Made by a program: the position numbers and the translations under genes
The notes under the pieces: generated by a model
Told to the model about the DNA's origin: nothing
What the model saw: the letters and a program-made list of their open reading frames with translations, nothing else
Database searches by the model: none
Source of the DNA: Bryobacterales bacterium
GTDB taxonomy: Bacteria > Acidobacteriota > Terriglobia > Bryobacterales > Bryobacteraceae
NCBI GenBank assembly: GCA_963725455.1
Contig: CAVRZH010000112.1
Location: forward strand, 12,600 to 76,599
Direction of reading: 5' to 3'
Length of the DNA: 64,000 nt
In this document: positions 25,119-34,755 of the stretch, one piece after another
Position numbering within the stretch: the first letter of the stretch is position 1
Layout: each line of letters begins with the position of its first letter

Positions 25119-26498
25119 CTATCTCCTTTTCGCCCAAACCATGACCCCGCCCAAAATCACGATCAACGGCAGGAAGAACTGGCTAAAGAGTTGCACCATG
25201 CGGAACTGCGCGATCGTTAAACTGATGCGGCGATCCTCGGGCGCCTTGGGGCGAATGGAGATGAGATCTTCATCCGATGACAACCAGTTGACCATGTTCA
25301 ATAGAAGATTGCGATTGCCGCTGAAGCCAAGCGCCTGGTTGGAGGCCCAACCCGAATTTCCGACCACGACGAAGCGTCCGGAATCGCTGGGTTTGGCGCC
25401 GGTGTAGGTGCCCGCGACGGCGAGGGTAAATGGCCCGTGTTTATCTTTGTTCGGATCGATCCGAATCTGCGATGAAGCCAGATCATTGGTGGCGAAGCTG
25501 TCGGCGGAAGTAGAGAACAGCTTGGTGACGGTGGTTTTATCCGTGTTCTTGGTTTCCAACGATCGGGACAACGGGAAGGCCGTGGAGATATTGGTGAGAT
25601 CGTTCACGATAGGATGCGAATCGTATTGCAGCACAACTGGCGCTTCGGGCCCGCCGCCCAATAGTTGCGACGCGGCGCTCTCATCCAGCAGCAAGTCCTT
25701 GTCGGGGGTAACACCCCAGCTTTCGAGAAGACTCGCCAGGGCATCGTTATCCGCGATCTGTTTATGTCCGAGCTTCAGCGGAGGGTCCAGCATGAAGAGC
25801 GCGCGGCCGCCGCCTTCCACATATTTCTTGATGGCGTCTACTTCGGGCTGGATGTAATCGCCCGTCGGGCCGGCCACCACCAGCACGGTGCAACTGGCGG
25901 GGACTTCGGCTTTCTCCTGCAAATTGACACTCTGAACTTTATAATTGTCTTTCTCCACGACACCTTGAAAGCCGGAGAAACCGTCGCCTTGGGAAGAATC
26001 GTCCAGGCGATGCTCGCCGTGTCCGGAGACCACGCAGACCTGGCGCTCGCCGCCTTTGAGCGCCCGGATCAGAGCGCCGGTGACGCCTTCCTCATCGAAC
26101 GTCTTGGCATCCTCGCGCCTGGATCCGACGCTAATCACAGCTTCGCCCTCGCGAGTGACGTTCTCGGCGCGGGCCAGAGTCGGATTCTTCAGCAAATCGA
26201 CATACTGGATGTGCACCTTGGGCGACAGATTCTGGTACCGGTCCAGCAGGTCCTTGGCGGCTTGCATGCCATTGGCGCGATCGAAATAGCTGATAGTCAC
26301 GTCCTGTTTCAACTCGCCGACCACTTTCTTGGTCTGGTCCGATAGGGTGAAACGTTTATTCGCAGTGGCGTCGTAGGATTTGTTATAGCGATTGGCGAAA
26401 AAATTCGCCAGCACCAGCACGGCCAGAATCACGACGATGTAAACCGTCGCGTACGCCGCGTACTTGGTTTGTCTTGCTTGCATCCATCCATTACTCAT
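25119..26498 (-). CDS. GldG-like accessory protein of an ABC-2 type transporter
   Basis: N- and C-terminal TM anchors flank a large extracytoplasmic domain. The N-terminus YIVVILAVLVLANFFANRYNKSYDATANKRFTLSDQTK resembles GldG / ABC_transp_aux proteins. Confidence 0.75.
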   Translation of the reverse strand: MSNGWMQARQTKYAAYATVYIVVILAVLVLANFFANRYNKSYDATANKRFTLSDQTKKVVGELKQDVTISYFDRANGMQAAKDLLDRYQNLSPKVHIQYVDLLKNPTLARAENVTREGEAVISVGSRREDAKTFDEEGVTGALIRALKGGERQVCVVSGHGEHRLDDSSQGDGFSGFQGVVEKDNYKVQSVNLQEKAEVPASCTVLVVAGPTGDYIQPEVDAIKKYVEGGGRALFMLDPPLKLGHKQIADNDALASLLESWGVTPDKDLLLDESAASQLLGGGPEAPVVLQYDSHPIVNDLTNISTAFPLSRSLETKNTDKTTVTKLFSTSADSFATNDLASSQIRIDPNKDKHGPFTLAVAGTYTGAKPSDSGRFVVVGNSGWASNQALGFSGNRNLLLNMVNWLSSDEDLISIRPKAPEDRRISLTIAQFRMVQLFSQFFLPLIVILGGVMVWAKRR

Positions 26499-26525
26499 CT
26501 AAAACCTCCACAGGTCGCCAGGCAT

Positions 26526-27293
26526 TTACGACCTCCACCGCAGGGATTCCATGGAGCGGGATGTTAGAAAGAGCCCCAGGAATATCATAGAAACGTAAAA
26601 CACCGCGTCCTTGGTATCGAGCACGCCCTTGGAAAAGGAATCGTAATGCGTGATGACGGAGAAATACGCGAGCACTTTGGCCCACGTCGCCGTTTCGTAT
26701 CCCGAGACCCATTCCAGAACCCAAAGCAGGAGGCAGACGCCAAAGGTGGCGGCGCCCGCGATAATTTGATTCTTGGTCAGCGTGGAAATAAACGTCCCGA
26801 TGGCCAGGAGCCCGCCGGCTTGCAATAACAACCCCAGGTATCCGATGGCCAACGGCTTCCAATCCGGATTGCCGTAGCGGAACAGAAACGCGAAGTTGAT
26901 GGCGCTGAACAGCAGGAGCACGCCATACAGAATCAGGGCTGATAGCCACTTGCCGATGATCACTTCGATGTCGCGAATGGGCGAGGTGGCCAGCAGTTCA
27001 ATGGTGCCCATGCGCTTCTCTTCCGCAAACAGCCGCATGGTGATCATGGGAATGAAGAACAGGCCGACCACGCTAATGTTGCTGAGCAGCGGACGGATGA
27101 CATATTCGTTCACGCTCATCGGCATGGCTTGGCCGCTCATTTGCGATTGCAGGCTGGCGGCGTTGAAATATCCCACCGAGTTCCAAAAGAAGAACCCGAA
27201 AATGATGGCGAACATCGTCAGCAGCAGATACGCGACGGGCGAAACGAAATAGCTGTGCAGCTCTTTCTGAGCGATAACCCAGATATTTCTCAT
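26526..27293 (-). CDS. ABC-2 type transporter permease (GldF-like)
   Basis: 255 aa with six predicted TM helices. KELHSYFVSPVAYLLLTMF is a typical ABC-2 start. Its ATGA start overlaps the ATPase stop. Confidence 0.8.
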   Translation of the reverse strand: MRNIWVIAQKELHSYFVSPVAYLLLTMFAIIFGFFFWNSVGYFNAASLQSQMSGQAMPMSVNEYVIRPLLSNISVVGLFFIPMITMRLFAEEKRMGTIELLATSPIRDIEVIIGKWLSALILYGVLLLFSAINFAFLFRYGNPDWKPLAIGYLGLLLQAGGLLAIGTFISTLTKNQIIAGAATFGVCLLLWVLEWVSGYETATWAKVLAYFSVITHYDSFSKGVLDTKDAVFYVSMIFLGLFLTSRSMESLRWRS

Positions 27294-28303
27294 TTGCTCT
27301 CTCCTTGTGCAACCACCTCGGCGGAGACGGCTTCCTCACTCTTTTCGGCGGACGCCGCTTCTCCGCCGGTCAACTGCAGGAAGATTTCTTCCAGGCTCAT
27401 CGCGGAGGGACGCAGTTCGTTCAGATTCCAACCGGACTCTACAATCGCGCGGGCCAGATCGCCGCGAATAAAACGATCCTTCAGACTCTCTACTTCAAAG
27501 ACGGATCGATTGCCGCGAGAATCCTTCAGCAGCACGCGGCTCACGCCGTTGACGGTTTCCAGCCGATGCTGGATGGTCTGTGCGTCGATTGCGCCGCCGC
27601 GGCCTTCCACTTCAAGCATCACCGACTCGGCGCCGCGCGCACGATTCTGGAGATTGTGCACCGAATCCGTCGCCACCAGCTTGCCCTTGTTGATGATCAG
27701 CACCTGCTCGCAGGTGGCTTCCACTTCCGGCAAGATGTGCGTACTCAGAAGGACAGTGTGATCGGGCGCCAGGCTGCGGATCAGATCGCGCGTTTCATTG
27801 ATCTGCTTGGGATCCAGTCCCGCGGTGGGTTCGTCCAGAATGAGAACGTCGGGATTGTGGATGATGGCCTGCGCCAATCCGACGCGCTGCCGGTAGCCTT
27901 TGGATAACTTGCCGATTAATTTGGTGCGTACGTCGGCCACCGAGCAGCGCTCAGCTACCTCGGTCACGCGGTTCGCCAGGCTCTGGCCCGACATACCCTT
28001 CAGCTTTCCGACAAATGTGAGGTATTCTTGCACCTCCATTTCCTGATACACGGGCGGAGATTCCGGCAGATAGCCGATGCGTTTTTTCACTTCCATCGGC
28101 TGTTCCAGCACATCGAAGCCGGCTACCGTGGCGCTGCCTTCCGAAGGCGGAAGAAAACACGTCAGGATGCGCATGGTTGTGGTCTTGCCGGCGCCGTTCG
28201 GTCCCAGAAAGCCCACAATCTGGCCCTTCTTCACTTCAAACGAAATGTGATCCACCGCAAGCGTGCGGGCGTATCTCTTCGTGAGGCCTTGAACTGTAAT
28301 CAT
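27290..28303 (-). CDS. ABC transporter ATP-binding protein (GldA-like)
   Basis: Walker A GPNGAGKTT, signature LSKGYRQR, Walker B LILDEPTAGLD, plus a C-terminal extension. Confidence 0.9.
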   Translation of the reverse strand: MITVQGLTKRYARTLAVDHISFEVKKGQIVGFLGPNGAGKTTTMRILTCFLPPSEGSATVAGFDVLEQPMEVKKRIGYLPESPPVYQEMEVQEYLTFVGKLKGMSGQSLANRVTEVAERCSVADVRTKLIGKLSKGYRQRVGLAQAIIHNPDVLILDEPTAGLDPKQINETRDLIRSLAPDHTVLLSTHILPEVEATCEQVLIINKGKLVATDSVHNLQNRARGAESVMLEVEGRGGAIDAQTIQHRLETVNGVSRVLLKDSRGNRSVFEVESLKDRFIRGDLARAIVESGWNLNELRPSAMSLEEIFLQLTGGEAASAEKSEEAVSAEVVAQGESK

Positions 28304-28478
28304 AGTTAGACTCGGAGGAGCTGCGATGACTGGCCGGAAGCGCCTGCGAAGAGGCCTGCTACGGTCAGTCGGCTGCTATTACATGATAAAAATCGCTGGA
28401 GGCGAATGTCAATTTGAACCAGGGCTTCGGATTGGCTAACTGCAATTGCGTCTCTCGATATGTTAGACGTGGATGACA

Positions 28479-29291
28479 TCATTCCGTCAGGGCGAAGCCC
28501 ATAATTTGCATGCCTGCATCGACATAAATTATGTTGCCGGTGACGCCGCGGCCCAGGTCGCTGGCCAGAAAAACGGCGGTGTCGGCTACTTCCATAGGGT
28601 CCGTATTGCGCCGGAGCGGAGCCAGTTTTGCGCCACCTTCCAGCATTTTTGAAAAGTCGCGAATTCCGCGCGCCGATGTAGTTTTGACGGCTCCCGCCGA
28701 GATTGCGTTAACGCGAATGTTAGACGGGCCGAGGTCGGCCGCCAGGTATCGCACGGAGGCTTCCAGCGACGCTTTGGCTACGCCCATGACGTTGTAATTC
28801 TTGACCACCCGGGTAGATCCCAGGTAGGTGAGCGTCATAACGGAACCCCCACCCTGATCCGGCGGAGCCATCAGAGGCGCCGTAGCGCGCGCCACCGCTA
28901 CCAGCGAATAGGCACTGACGTCCTGGGCGAGCGCGAAGCCGGCCCGCGAAGTCTCCATAAACGGGCGGCTTAAGTCTTCACGATTGGCGAATGCGATGCC
29001 GTGTACCACGGCGTTGAGCGCCGCTCCCCGGCTCTTCAGCTCACTCGCCAACATGTTCGCTAAGGCGTCCACTTGGGCGTCCTGGGTTACATCGCAAGGC
29101 AGCACCTGCCGCGCTTTTATCTCGGCGGCCAGCTCCTCCACGGTCTGTTTTTGACGATCGCCCTGGTAGGTGAGGATCACTTCCGCGCCTTCGCGAATAA
29201 AGGCTTTGGCGATTGCGTGGGCGATGCTCCATCGGTTAGCGACTCCAAGGACAAGGGCAACCTTGCCCTCCATCAGGTGGGGCATGAACAT
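28479..29291 (-). CDS. fabI: Enoyl-[acyl-carrier-protein] reductase (NADH)
   Basis: GKVALVLGVANRWSIAHAIAKAF... with the Y-x6-K region (YNVMGVAKASLE) and AISAGAVKT. The exact start (29291, 29285 or 29273) is uncertain. Confidence 0.9.
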   Translation of the reverse strand: MFMPHLMEGKVALVLGVANRWSIAHAIAKAFIREGAEVILTYQGDRQKQTVEELAAEIKARQVLPCDVTQDAQVDALANMLASELKSRGAALNAVVHGIAFANREDLSRPFMETSRAGFALAQDVSAYSLVAVARATAPLMAPPDQGGGSVMTLTYLGSTRVVKNYNVMGVAKASLEASVRYLAADLGPSNIRVNAISAGAVKTTSARGIRDFSKMLEGGAKLAPLRRNTDPMEVADTAVFLASDLGRGVTGNIIYVDAGMQIMGFALTE

Positions 29292-29322
29292 TTCATTGTA
29301 ACTCGCGTGAGTAACGCGCGGG

Positions 29323-29350
29323 ACTACTTATCGCGCACTACTTATCGCGC
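29323..29350. repeat. Perfect tandem duplication of the 14-mer ACTACTTATCGCGC spanning a stop codon
   Basis: Read directly: 29323-29336 equals 29337-29350. The stop codon of the upstream minus-strand gene (29338-29340) lies in the second unit. Confidence 0.9.
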
Positions 29351-31395
29351 ACCTTCAAGATCTGGAACAAATTGCTGTAGTCGTCCGTCCAAGGGCGCAG
29401 GTTGGGCCGGAGGTGGGTGGGTTGGACGCTGGACGATTTGAACGCCGCGTCATGGAAGATGCTGCCGCCGTTCGTAACCAGCACCCAGTCGCTGTTGGCA
29501 AAATAGTCCTCCTCTTCGTCCTCGTCGTCCACGTCCACGGAGGCTTTTCCAAAATCGTGCGCGTTGCGCGCCACCACCGGCACCAGATCCAGATAGCGAT
29601 TGGATACGTGAACCGCTAGAATCCCCGTGGGCTTCAGGTGCCGGAAGTAGAGCGCGAAAGCTTCGCGCGTGAGCAGGTGGACGGGAATGGCGTCGCTCGA
29701 AAACGCGTCGATGGCCATCAGATCATACTGCTGGCTGGGTTGCGCTTCCAGTGTCAGGCGTGCGTCGCCGAGCAGCACCTGATGGTCGGCTTGGCAGTCG
29801 CGCAGAAACGTGAACCAGGTGCTGGCGATGGAAAGCGCCAGGGGATTTATTTCATAGAAGCGAAACACGTCGCCGGCCCGGCAGTAGCTGGCGGTGACCC
29901 CGGCGCCCAGTCCGATAACCCCCACGCGAACCGGACCACGATGCCGCAGGTAGGTCATGGCGCGGCCCAACCCGGAGTAAGGGCCGTAGTAGCTGGTGGG
30001 TTCGTCGCGATGGGCGGCGTCCAGCAGCTGGGTGCCGTGATTGATGGTGCCGTGAATCAAGCGGCGGACGGGAGTGGTCTCTTCATCCTCGGGAATGTCG
30101 CGAACGCGCAGGACGCCATAGAAATTGCGCGCCGACAGTCGAAATACCTGATCGGAGCGATGCTTTTCATAGCCCAGATGGATGGCCAGACCCACGGTGA
30201 AAGCCAGCATTGCGATGCGCACGGCGGAGACTGGGATCTTGCCCTTCCAGTTTTCAGGTGAGATCCACAGAACCAGGGAGACCAGCGCGCTACAAGCCAC
30301 CATCGATAAAGGAAGCTCAAAATAGGTGTGAAAAATGTGTGGGGCTACGATCGCCACGAACACGCCGCCTAACGTCCCGCCGAGCGAGATCATCATGTAG
30401 AAGCTGGTGAGATGCCGCGGGTCCGGCTTCAGGCGCGCCAGTTCGCCGTGGCACACCATGCAGCAGATGAACAGCGCTGCGACAAAGGTTGGCACGGCCC
30501 AGGCGATATTCGGATTCCCCTGGTTCGCGTAAATGGTATAGCCAGCGCCATCCAGAGCAACCACGAGCAAAGGCAGGAACACACCACGGTTGTAAACTTT
30601 ATCGCGCTCGAAGCACAGGATGAAGCTCAGCAGATAAGCGGCCAGCGGCAGGACCCAGAGAAACGGAATGGGCGCGACGTTGGAACTCAGATGATTGCTG
30701 ATGGCCAGCAGCAGGGTAGAAGCGCAGGCCGCCAGCGCCGTCCACAGAATGCGGATGGCCCAAGTAGGAGGCGGGGCCGGCGTTTCCGCGACGGTTTCCT
30801 GGGATTCAAGCGGAGCCGTCCGCATCGCTCTCCACGCCACGGCGGCGCAGATCAATACGAATACGGCGTAGATGCCCGACCATCCGAAGGCCTGCCCATG
30901 CGTGGTGAACGCGGGCTCGACCAACACCGGGTAGCTGAGCAGCGCGAGCAGCGAGCCGAAATTCGAAAGAGCGAACAAGCGGTAAGGGATGGCGCCGGGT
31001 TTGGCCGCGACGTACCAGGCCTGCAGAAGGGGGCTGGTGGTGGAAAGCAACAGGTAGGGAAGGCCTATGGTCGCGGAGAGCAGCAGCAGAATACGCAGAG
31101 AAGGGTCGCCGGCGTGGGATGGCTTCCAACTAGGAGATGGCAGGATGGGAAGCAGCGCCAGGCTGACGGCCATGAGTGCGATGTGCAGCCTAGATTGTTG
31201 TTTCGGCTTGAGCCAGCGCGTGGAGCGGTCGGCATAGAAGTAACCTGCGAGTAACGCGGCTTGAAAGAAAAGCAGGCAGGTGCTCCAGACGGCGGCCGAT
31301 CCGCCAAACCACGGCAGAATGATCTTACCGATCATGGGCTGCACGGCGAAAAGAAGAAATGCGCTTAGAAAAATAGTGAAAGCGTAGGCGAGCAT
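29338..31395 (-). CDS. Polytopic membrane domain fused to a spermidine synthase-like methyltransferase-fold domain
   Basis: The N-terminal ~430 aa carry many TM helices. The C-terminus has VGVIGLGAGVTASY (SAM/dcSAM-binding glycine loop) and DLMAIDAFSSDAIPVHLLT. I prefer the start at the ATG at 31395 (MLAYAF...); the track ORF extends to 31440. Confidence 0.75.
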   Translation of the reverse strand: MLAYAFTIFLSAFLLFAVQPMIGKIILPWFGGSAAVWSTCLLFFQAALLAGYFYADRSTRWLKPKQQSRLHIALMAVSLALLPILPSPSWKPSHAGDPSLRILLLLSATIGLPYLLLSTTSPLLQAWYVAAKPGAIPYRLFALSNFGSLLALLSYPVLVEPAFTTHGQAFGWSGIYAVFVLICAAVAWRAMRTAPLESQETVAETPAPPPTWAIRILWTALAACASTLLLAISNHLSSNVAPIPFLWVLPLAAYLLSFILCFERDKVYNRGVFLPLLVVALDGAGYTIYANQGNPNIAWAVPTFVAALFICCMVCHGELARLKPDPRHLTSFYMMISLGGTLGGVFVAIVAPHIFHTYFELPLSMVACSALVSLVLWISPENWKGKIPVSAVRIAMLAFTVGLAIHLGYEKHRSDQVFRLSARNFYGVLRVRDIPEDEETTPVRRLIHGTINHGTQLLDAAHRDEPTSYYGPYSGLGRAMTYLRHRGPVRVGVIGLGAGVTASYCRAGDVFRFYEINPLALSIASTWFTFLRDCQADHQVLLGDARLTLEAQPSQQYDLMAIDAFSSDAIPVHLLTREAFALYFRHLKPTGILAVHVSNRYLDLVPVVARNAHDFGKASVDVDDEDEEEDYFANSDWVLVTNGGSIFHDAAFKSSSVQPTHLRPNLRPWTDDYSNLFQILKVRDK

Positions 31396-31504
31396 GGAAC
31401 GATACGCAGCAATGATCGCACAGGCCGCGCGAGCGCGCACCCAGCTTCTTCCACGCCGATTTTACTGCGATGTAACGGCGTTCCTATGCTAGACTTTAGG
31501 CGGT

Positions 31505-33157
31505 TTGAGGCTTGCCCCTGTCGACTATCTGATCCTGTCGCTGTATTTCGTTTTCGTTCTTTCCATCGGCTGGATCGTCAAACGCAAGGTGGCCACCAGC
31601 GCCGATTTCCTCACCTCCGGCCGCTCCGTCCCGGTTTGGATCACCAGCCTGGCGTTCATCGCCGCGAACCTTGGTGCGCAGGAAGTGATCGGCATGTGCG
31701 CTTCTGGCGCTAAGTACGGGATCATGACCGCGCATTTCTATTGGATCGGCGCGGTGCCGGCCATGCTGTTCGTCGGCGTGTTCATGATGCCCTTTTATTA
31801 CGGAAGCCGCGCGCGCAGCGTGCCCGAGTATTTGAAGCTGCGGTTCGATGAGAAGACGCGGGCTCTCAACGCCATTACGTTTGCGGTGATGACGATATTT
31901 TCGTCCGGCATTTCGATGTACGCGCTGGGACTTTTGTTCGAACTGGTGCTGCACTGGAGCTTCACTGCTTCGGTGCTGCTTTCGGCCGCCATCGTTTTGG
32001 TCTACACATTTCTGGGCGGACTCACCAGCGCGATTTACAACGAAGTTCTGCAGTTTTTCCTGATCGTGCTGGGCTTTGCGCCGCTGTCGATTTTCGTCGT
32101 CATCAAGACGGGCGGCTGGAGCGGCATGGCATCGCGCTTGCCCATGGTGATGACGCACACCTGGCGATACGCGTCTAAAGCATCTGAAAATCCCATGGGC
32201 GTGGAAGTGTTCGGCCTGGTGGCGGGACTGGGTTTCGTGCTCTCGTTCGGCTATTGGTGCACGGATTTTCTGGTGGTGCAGCGGGCCATGGCCGCGGACT
32301 CTATGTCGGCCGCGCGACGCACGCCTTTGATCGCCGCGTTTCCGAAAATGGTGATGCCGTTTGTGGTGATTATTCCCGGCGTCGCTGCGCTGGCGCTTTC
32401 GCACATGGCGCTGGGCTATTCGATTCCGATGAAGCCCGGGGGCGGCCCCGACTACGATCAAACGTTGACCACCCTGATGGCCCAGTTCTATCCTTCGGGC
32501 ATGCTCGGGCTCGGATTAACGGCGCTAATGGCATCGTTCATGTCGGGCATGGCCGGCAACGTCACGGCCTTCAATACGGTTTGGACCTACGATCTCTACC
32601 AGGGCCACATTCGCAAGCACGCTCCCGATGAGCATTACTTGTGGGTGGGGCGCGTGACCACCGTTGTTGGCGTTGCGCTCTCCATCGGGACGGCTTATCT
32701 GGCAAGCCACTTCAACAACATCATGGACTTTCTGCAACTGGTGTTTGGCTTCGTCAACGCGCCGCTGTTTGCAACATTCCTCTTGGGGATGTTCTGGAAG
32801 CGCGCCACCGGCCATGGCGCATTTTCTGGATTGCTGGCCGGTACGGGGGCCGCGGCTGCGACGCACGGATTGACTTTGGCCGAAGGCAAGGGCGGCTGGC
32901 TGGGTAGCGTGGTCCACACCTTCCCCTCCACCATGGCGCAAAACTTCTGGATTGCTATTTTCGCCTGGTCCACGTGTTTTCTCGTTACGCTGTTGGTGAG
33001 CCTGATGTCGGCGCCAAAAGTAGAAGCGGAACTTCACAATCTGGTCTACGGCCTGACCAAGATTCCGCATGAGGATGTTCGCTGGTACAAGCGTCCGGCG
33101 CCTTTAGCGCTGATTGTTATCGCCGCGCTGGTATTGCTGAATATTTTGTTCTGGTAA
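31505..33157 (+). CDS. Sodium:solute symporter family transporter (SSF)
   Basis: 550 aa, about 13-14 TM helices, TTG start. The N-terminal DYLILSLYFVFVLSIGWIVKRK and GRSVPVWITSLAFIAANLGA are typical SSF motifs. Confidence 0.85.
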   Translation: MRLAPVDYLILSLYFVFVLSIGWIVKRKVATSADFLTSGRSVPVWITSLAFIAANLGAQEVIGMCASGAKYGIMTAHFYWIGAVPAMLFVGVFMMPFYYGSRARSVPEYLKLRFDEKTRALNAITFAVMTIFSSGISMYALGLLFELVLHWSFTASVLLSAAIVLVYTFLGGLTSAIYNEVLQFFLIVLGFAPLSIFVVIKTGGWSGMASRLPMVMTHTWRYASKASENPMGVEVFGLVAGLGFVLSFGYWCTDFLVVQRAMAADSMSAARRTPLIAAFPKMVMPFVVIIPGVAALALSHMALGYSIPMKPGGGPDYDQTLTTLMAQFYPSGMLGLGLTALMASFMSGMAGNVTAFNTVWTYDLYQGHIRKHAPDEHYLWVGRVTTVVGVALSIGTAYLASHFNNIMDFLQLVFGFVNAPLFATFLLGMFWKRATGHGAFSGLLAGTGAAAATHGLTLAEGKGGWLGSVVHTFPSTMAQNFWIAIFAWSTCFLVTLLVSLMSAPKVEAELHNLVYGLTKIPHEDVRWYKRPAPLALIVIAALVLLNILFW

Positions 33158-33159
33158 TT

Positions 33160-33363
33160 ATGAACGACCTTCGAATTCCTATCGGAAGCTTCTTCGCGTT
33201 GGTGGGCCTGATCCTGATGACCGTCGGCCTAACGGTTGATTACCAAGCCCGACTTGAATCCGCGAACGTAAATCTCGATTGCGGCATCTCCATGCTGATA
33301 TTCGGAGCGGTGATGTTAGGCCTGGCGCGGCGAAAGTGGATCAATCGTCGCGATGAACCGTAG
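33160..33363 (+). CDS. Small two-TM membrane protein immediately downstream of the symporter
   Basis: 67 aa. The start lies 3 nt after the symporter stop. Two hydrophobic helices (FFALVGLILMTVGLTV, GISMLIFGAVMLGLA). The 3' end overlaps the convergent cupin gene by 23 nt. Confidence 0.5.
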   Translation: MNDLRIPIGSFFALVGLILMTVGLTVDYQARLESANVNLDCGISMLIFGAVMLGLARRKWINRRDEP

Positions 33364-33697
33364 CGGGGTCGAATGCGGCCAGGCACACGGCGATGTACTC
33401 GGCGCCGTCTGGTCCTGGAGTGCTATAACGCACCCATTCGCCGCGCGGCGAGATGATGGCTTGACCGGCCTTCACTTCGAGGACACCGCTCTTCGATTCT
33501 ACGCGCAGCGTTCCCTTTAAAACCACGGTGTATTCGTCGAACTCGGGTTGCTGGCCGGGCTCGCTCCATCCCGACGGGCTATGCATGTGGGCGATGCTAA
33601 CGGCTGAATCCTTGGTATTCACGCGGCCGACGTATTCGTCGATTTGTTTGCCGCCGGGGACAGGGATGCGCGTGGGGCTGGGAACGAGTTGGGGCAT
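33341..33697 (-). CDS. Cupin domain protein
   Basis: 118 aa with beta-rich small-barrel motifs (HMHSPSGWSEPGQQPEFDEYTVVLKGTLRVE...GQAIISPRGEWVRY). Confidence 0.7.
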   Translation of the reverse strand: MPQLVPSPTRIPVPGGKQIDEYVGRVNTKDSAVSIAHMHSPSGWSEPGQQPEFDEYTVVLKGTLRVESKSGVLEVKAGQAIISPRGEWVRYSTPGPDGAEYIAVCLAAFDPATVHRDD

Positions 33698-33703
33698 GGC
33701 GAA

Positions 33704-34714
33704 TTAGTGATCGCGATCGGTGACCAACTCGGTTAGCGCGAACATGGCGCGTTGGTTGGGCGAATCGGGAAACTCGCTCATGATGGCGCGCGCTCGCTCG
33801 GTGAAGGATTGCGCGCGTTCGCGCACACGATCGAATCCATGGCGGACCTGGATCATTCGAAGGATTTTCTGGAAAGGCACCTGGTCGTAATTGCCGTCTT
33901 TAAGCACCGTCGCCACAGATTGCCGCTCTTCCGGCGTGGCTTCTTCGAGCGCATAGATCAGCGGCAGCGTAACCTTGCCCTCGCGAAGATCGCTGCCCAC
34001 CGGCTTTCCGAGCACCTTCTCGTGCGAAGTAAAGTCGAGCATGTCGTCGACGAGTTGGAATGCGATGCCGAGGTTCCAGGCGAATTCGCCCAGTCGCGTC
34101 TCAGTAGCCTCGTTGGGGCCGCCCGTTTGCCCCATAATAGCGCCCAGCCGCGCGCAGGCGGAGAAGAGGCTGGCGGTCTTGCGATCTACAAGTTCCATGT
34201 AGTCGGCTTCGGAAATGTCGATCTTGCCGATGCGTTCTAACTGCAGCAGTTCGCCTTCCACCATCATCTGTGTCAGCGCGATCAGTAGATCCAGCACGTG
34301 GAAATTGCGCTCGCGCAGCGCGAGTTGGAAAGCCTGCATGTACAGCCAGTCGCCCGCCAGCACGCAAGTATGATTGCCCCAGATGGCGTTGGACGACGGC
34401 CGGCCGCGCCGTGTTTTGGCGATATCGATGACATCGTCGTGCACCAGCGTGGCGGCGTGAATCATTTCCACAACCGCGGCCATGCGAATGGTGCCATCGC
34501 TGACGCCGCCCACCAGTTGCGAAGCCAGCAGCACCAGAATCGGCCGTAGGCGCTTGCCGCCACCATCCTGGAGGTAGCGCGAAATGGTGGTGACCGCGTC
34601 GACACTGGCCACGGACTCCAGGCTGATCTCGCGCTCCACCCGCTCGAGGTCTTTCTTGACCAGATCGAAGATTTCCTTCGCGGTTAGAGTTTGCCCGAGC
34701 CTGCCGAGTCCCAT
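33704..34714 (-). CDS. Long-chain trans-polyprenyl diphosphate synthase
   Basis: First DDxxD box LVHDDVIDIAKTRRGRPS and second box FQLVDDMLDF. The product chain length cannot be read from the sequence. Confidence 0.9.
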   Translation of the reverse strand: MGLGRLGQTLTAKEIFDLVKKDLERVEREISLESVASVDAVTTISRYLQDGGGKRLRPILVLLASQLVGGVSDGTIRMAAVVEMIHAATLVHDDVIDIAKTRRGRPSSNAIWGNHTCVLAGDWLYMQAFQLALRERNFHVLDLLIALTQMMVEGELLQLERIGKIDISEADYMELVDRKTASLFSACARLGAIMGQTGGPNEATETRLGEFAWNLGIAFQLVDDMLDFTSHEKVLGKPVGSDLREGKVTLPLIYALEEATPEERQSVATVLKDGNYDQVPFQKILRMIQVRHGFDRVRERAQSFTERARAIMSEFPDSPNQRAMFALTELVTDRDH

Positions 34715-34755
34715 GGGATTATTAAGTTTAGCAGGTTGCTTGAAACCGCCGTCTC

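Noticed and set aside
28323-28436. 37-aa plus-strand ORF (MTGRKRLRRGLLRSVGCYYMIKIAGGECQFEPGLRIG) with GGAGGAG 6 nt upstream, in the spacer between fabI and the ABC operon.
   Set aside because: It lies on the opposite strand to both flanking genes, has no recognisable family, and the GGAGGAG may be coincidental. I cannot support it from sequence alone.
28305-28470. TTAGAC motifs at about 28307 and 28464, resembling the hexamers of the candidate operator modules.
   Set aside because: These are single hexamers without the 18/11-bp repeat architecture. A 6-mer is expected many times by chance in 64 kb, and the one near 28464 is part of a local imperfect hairpin.
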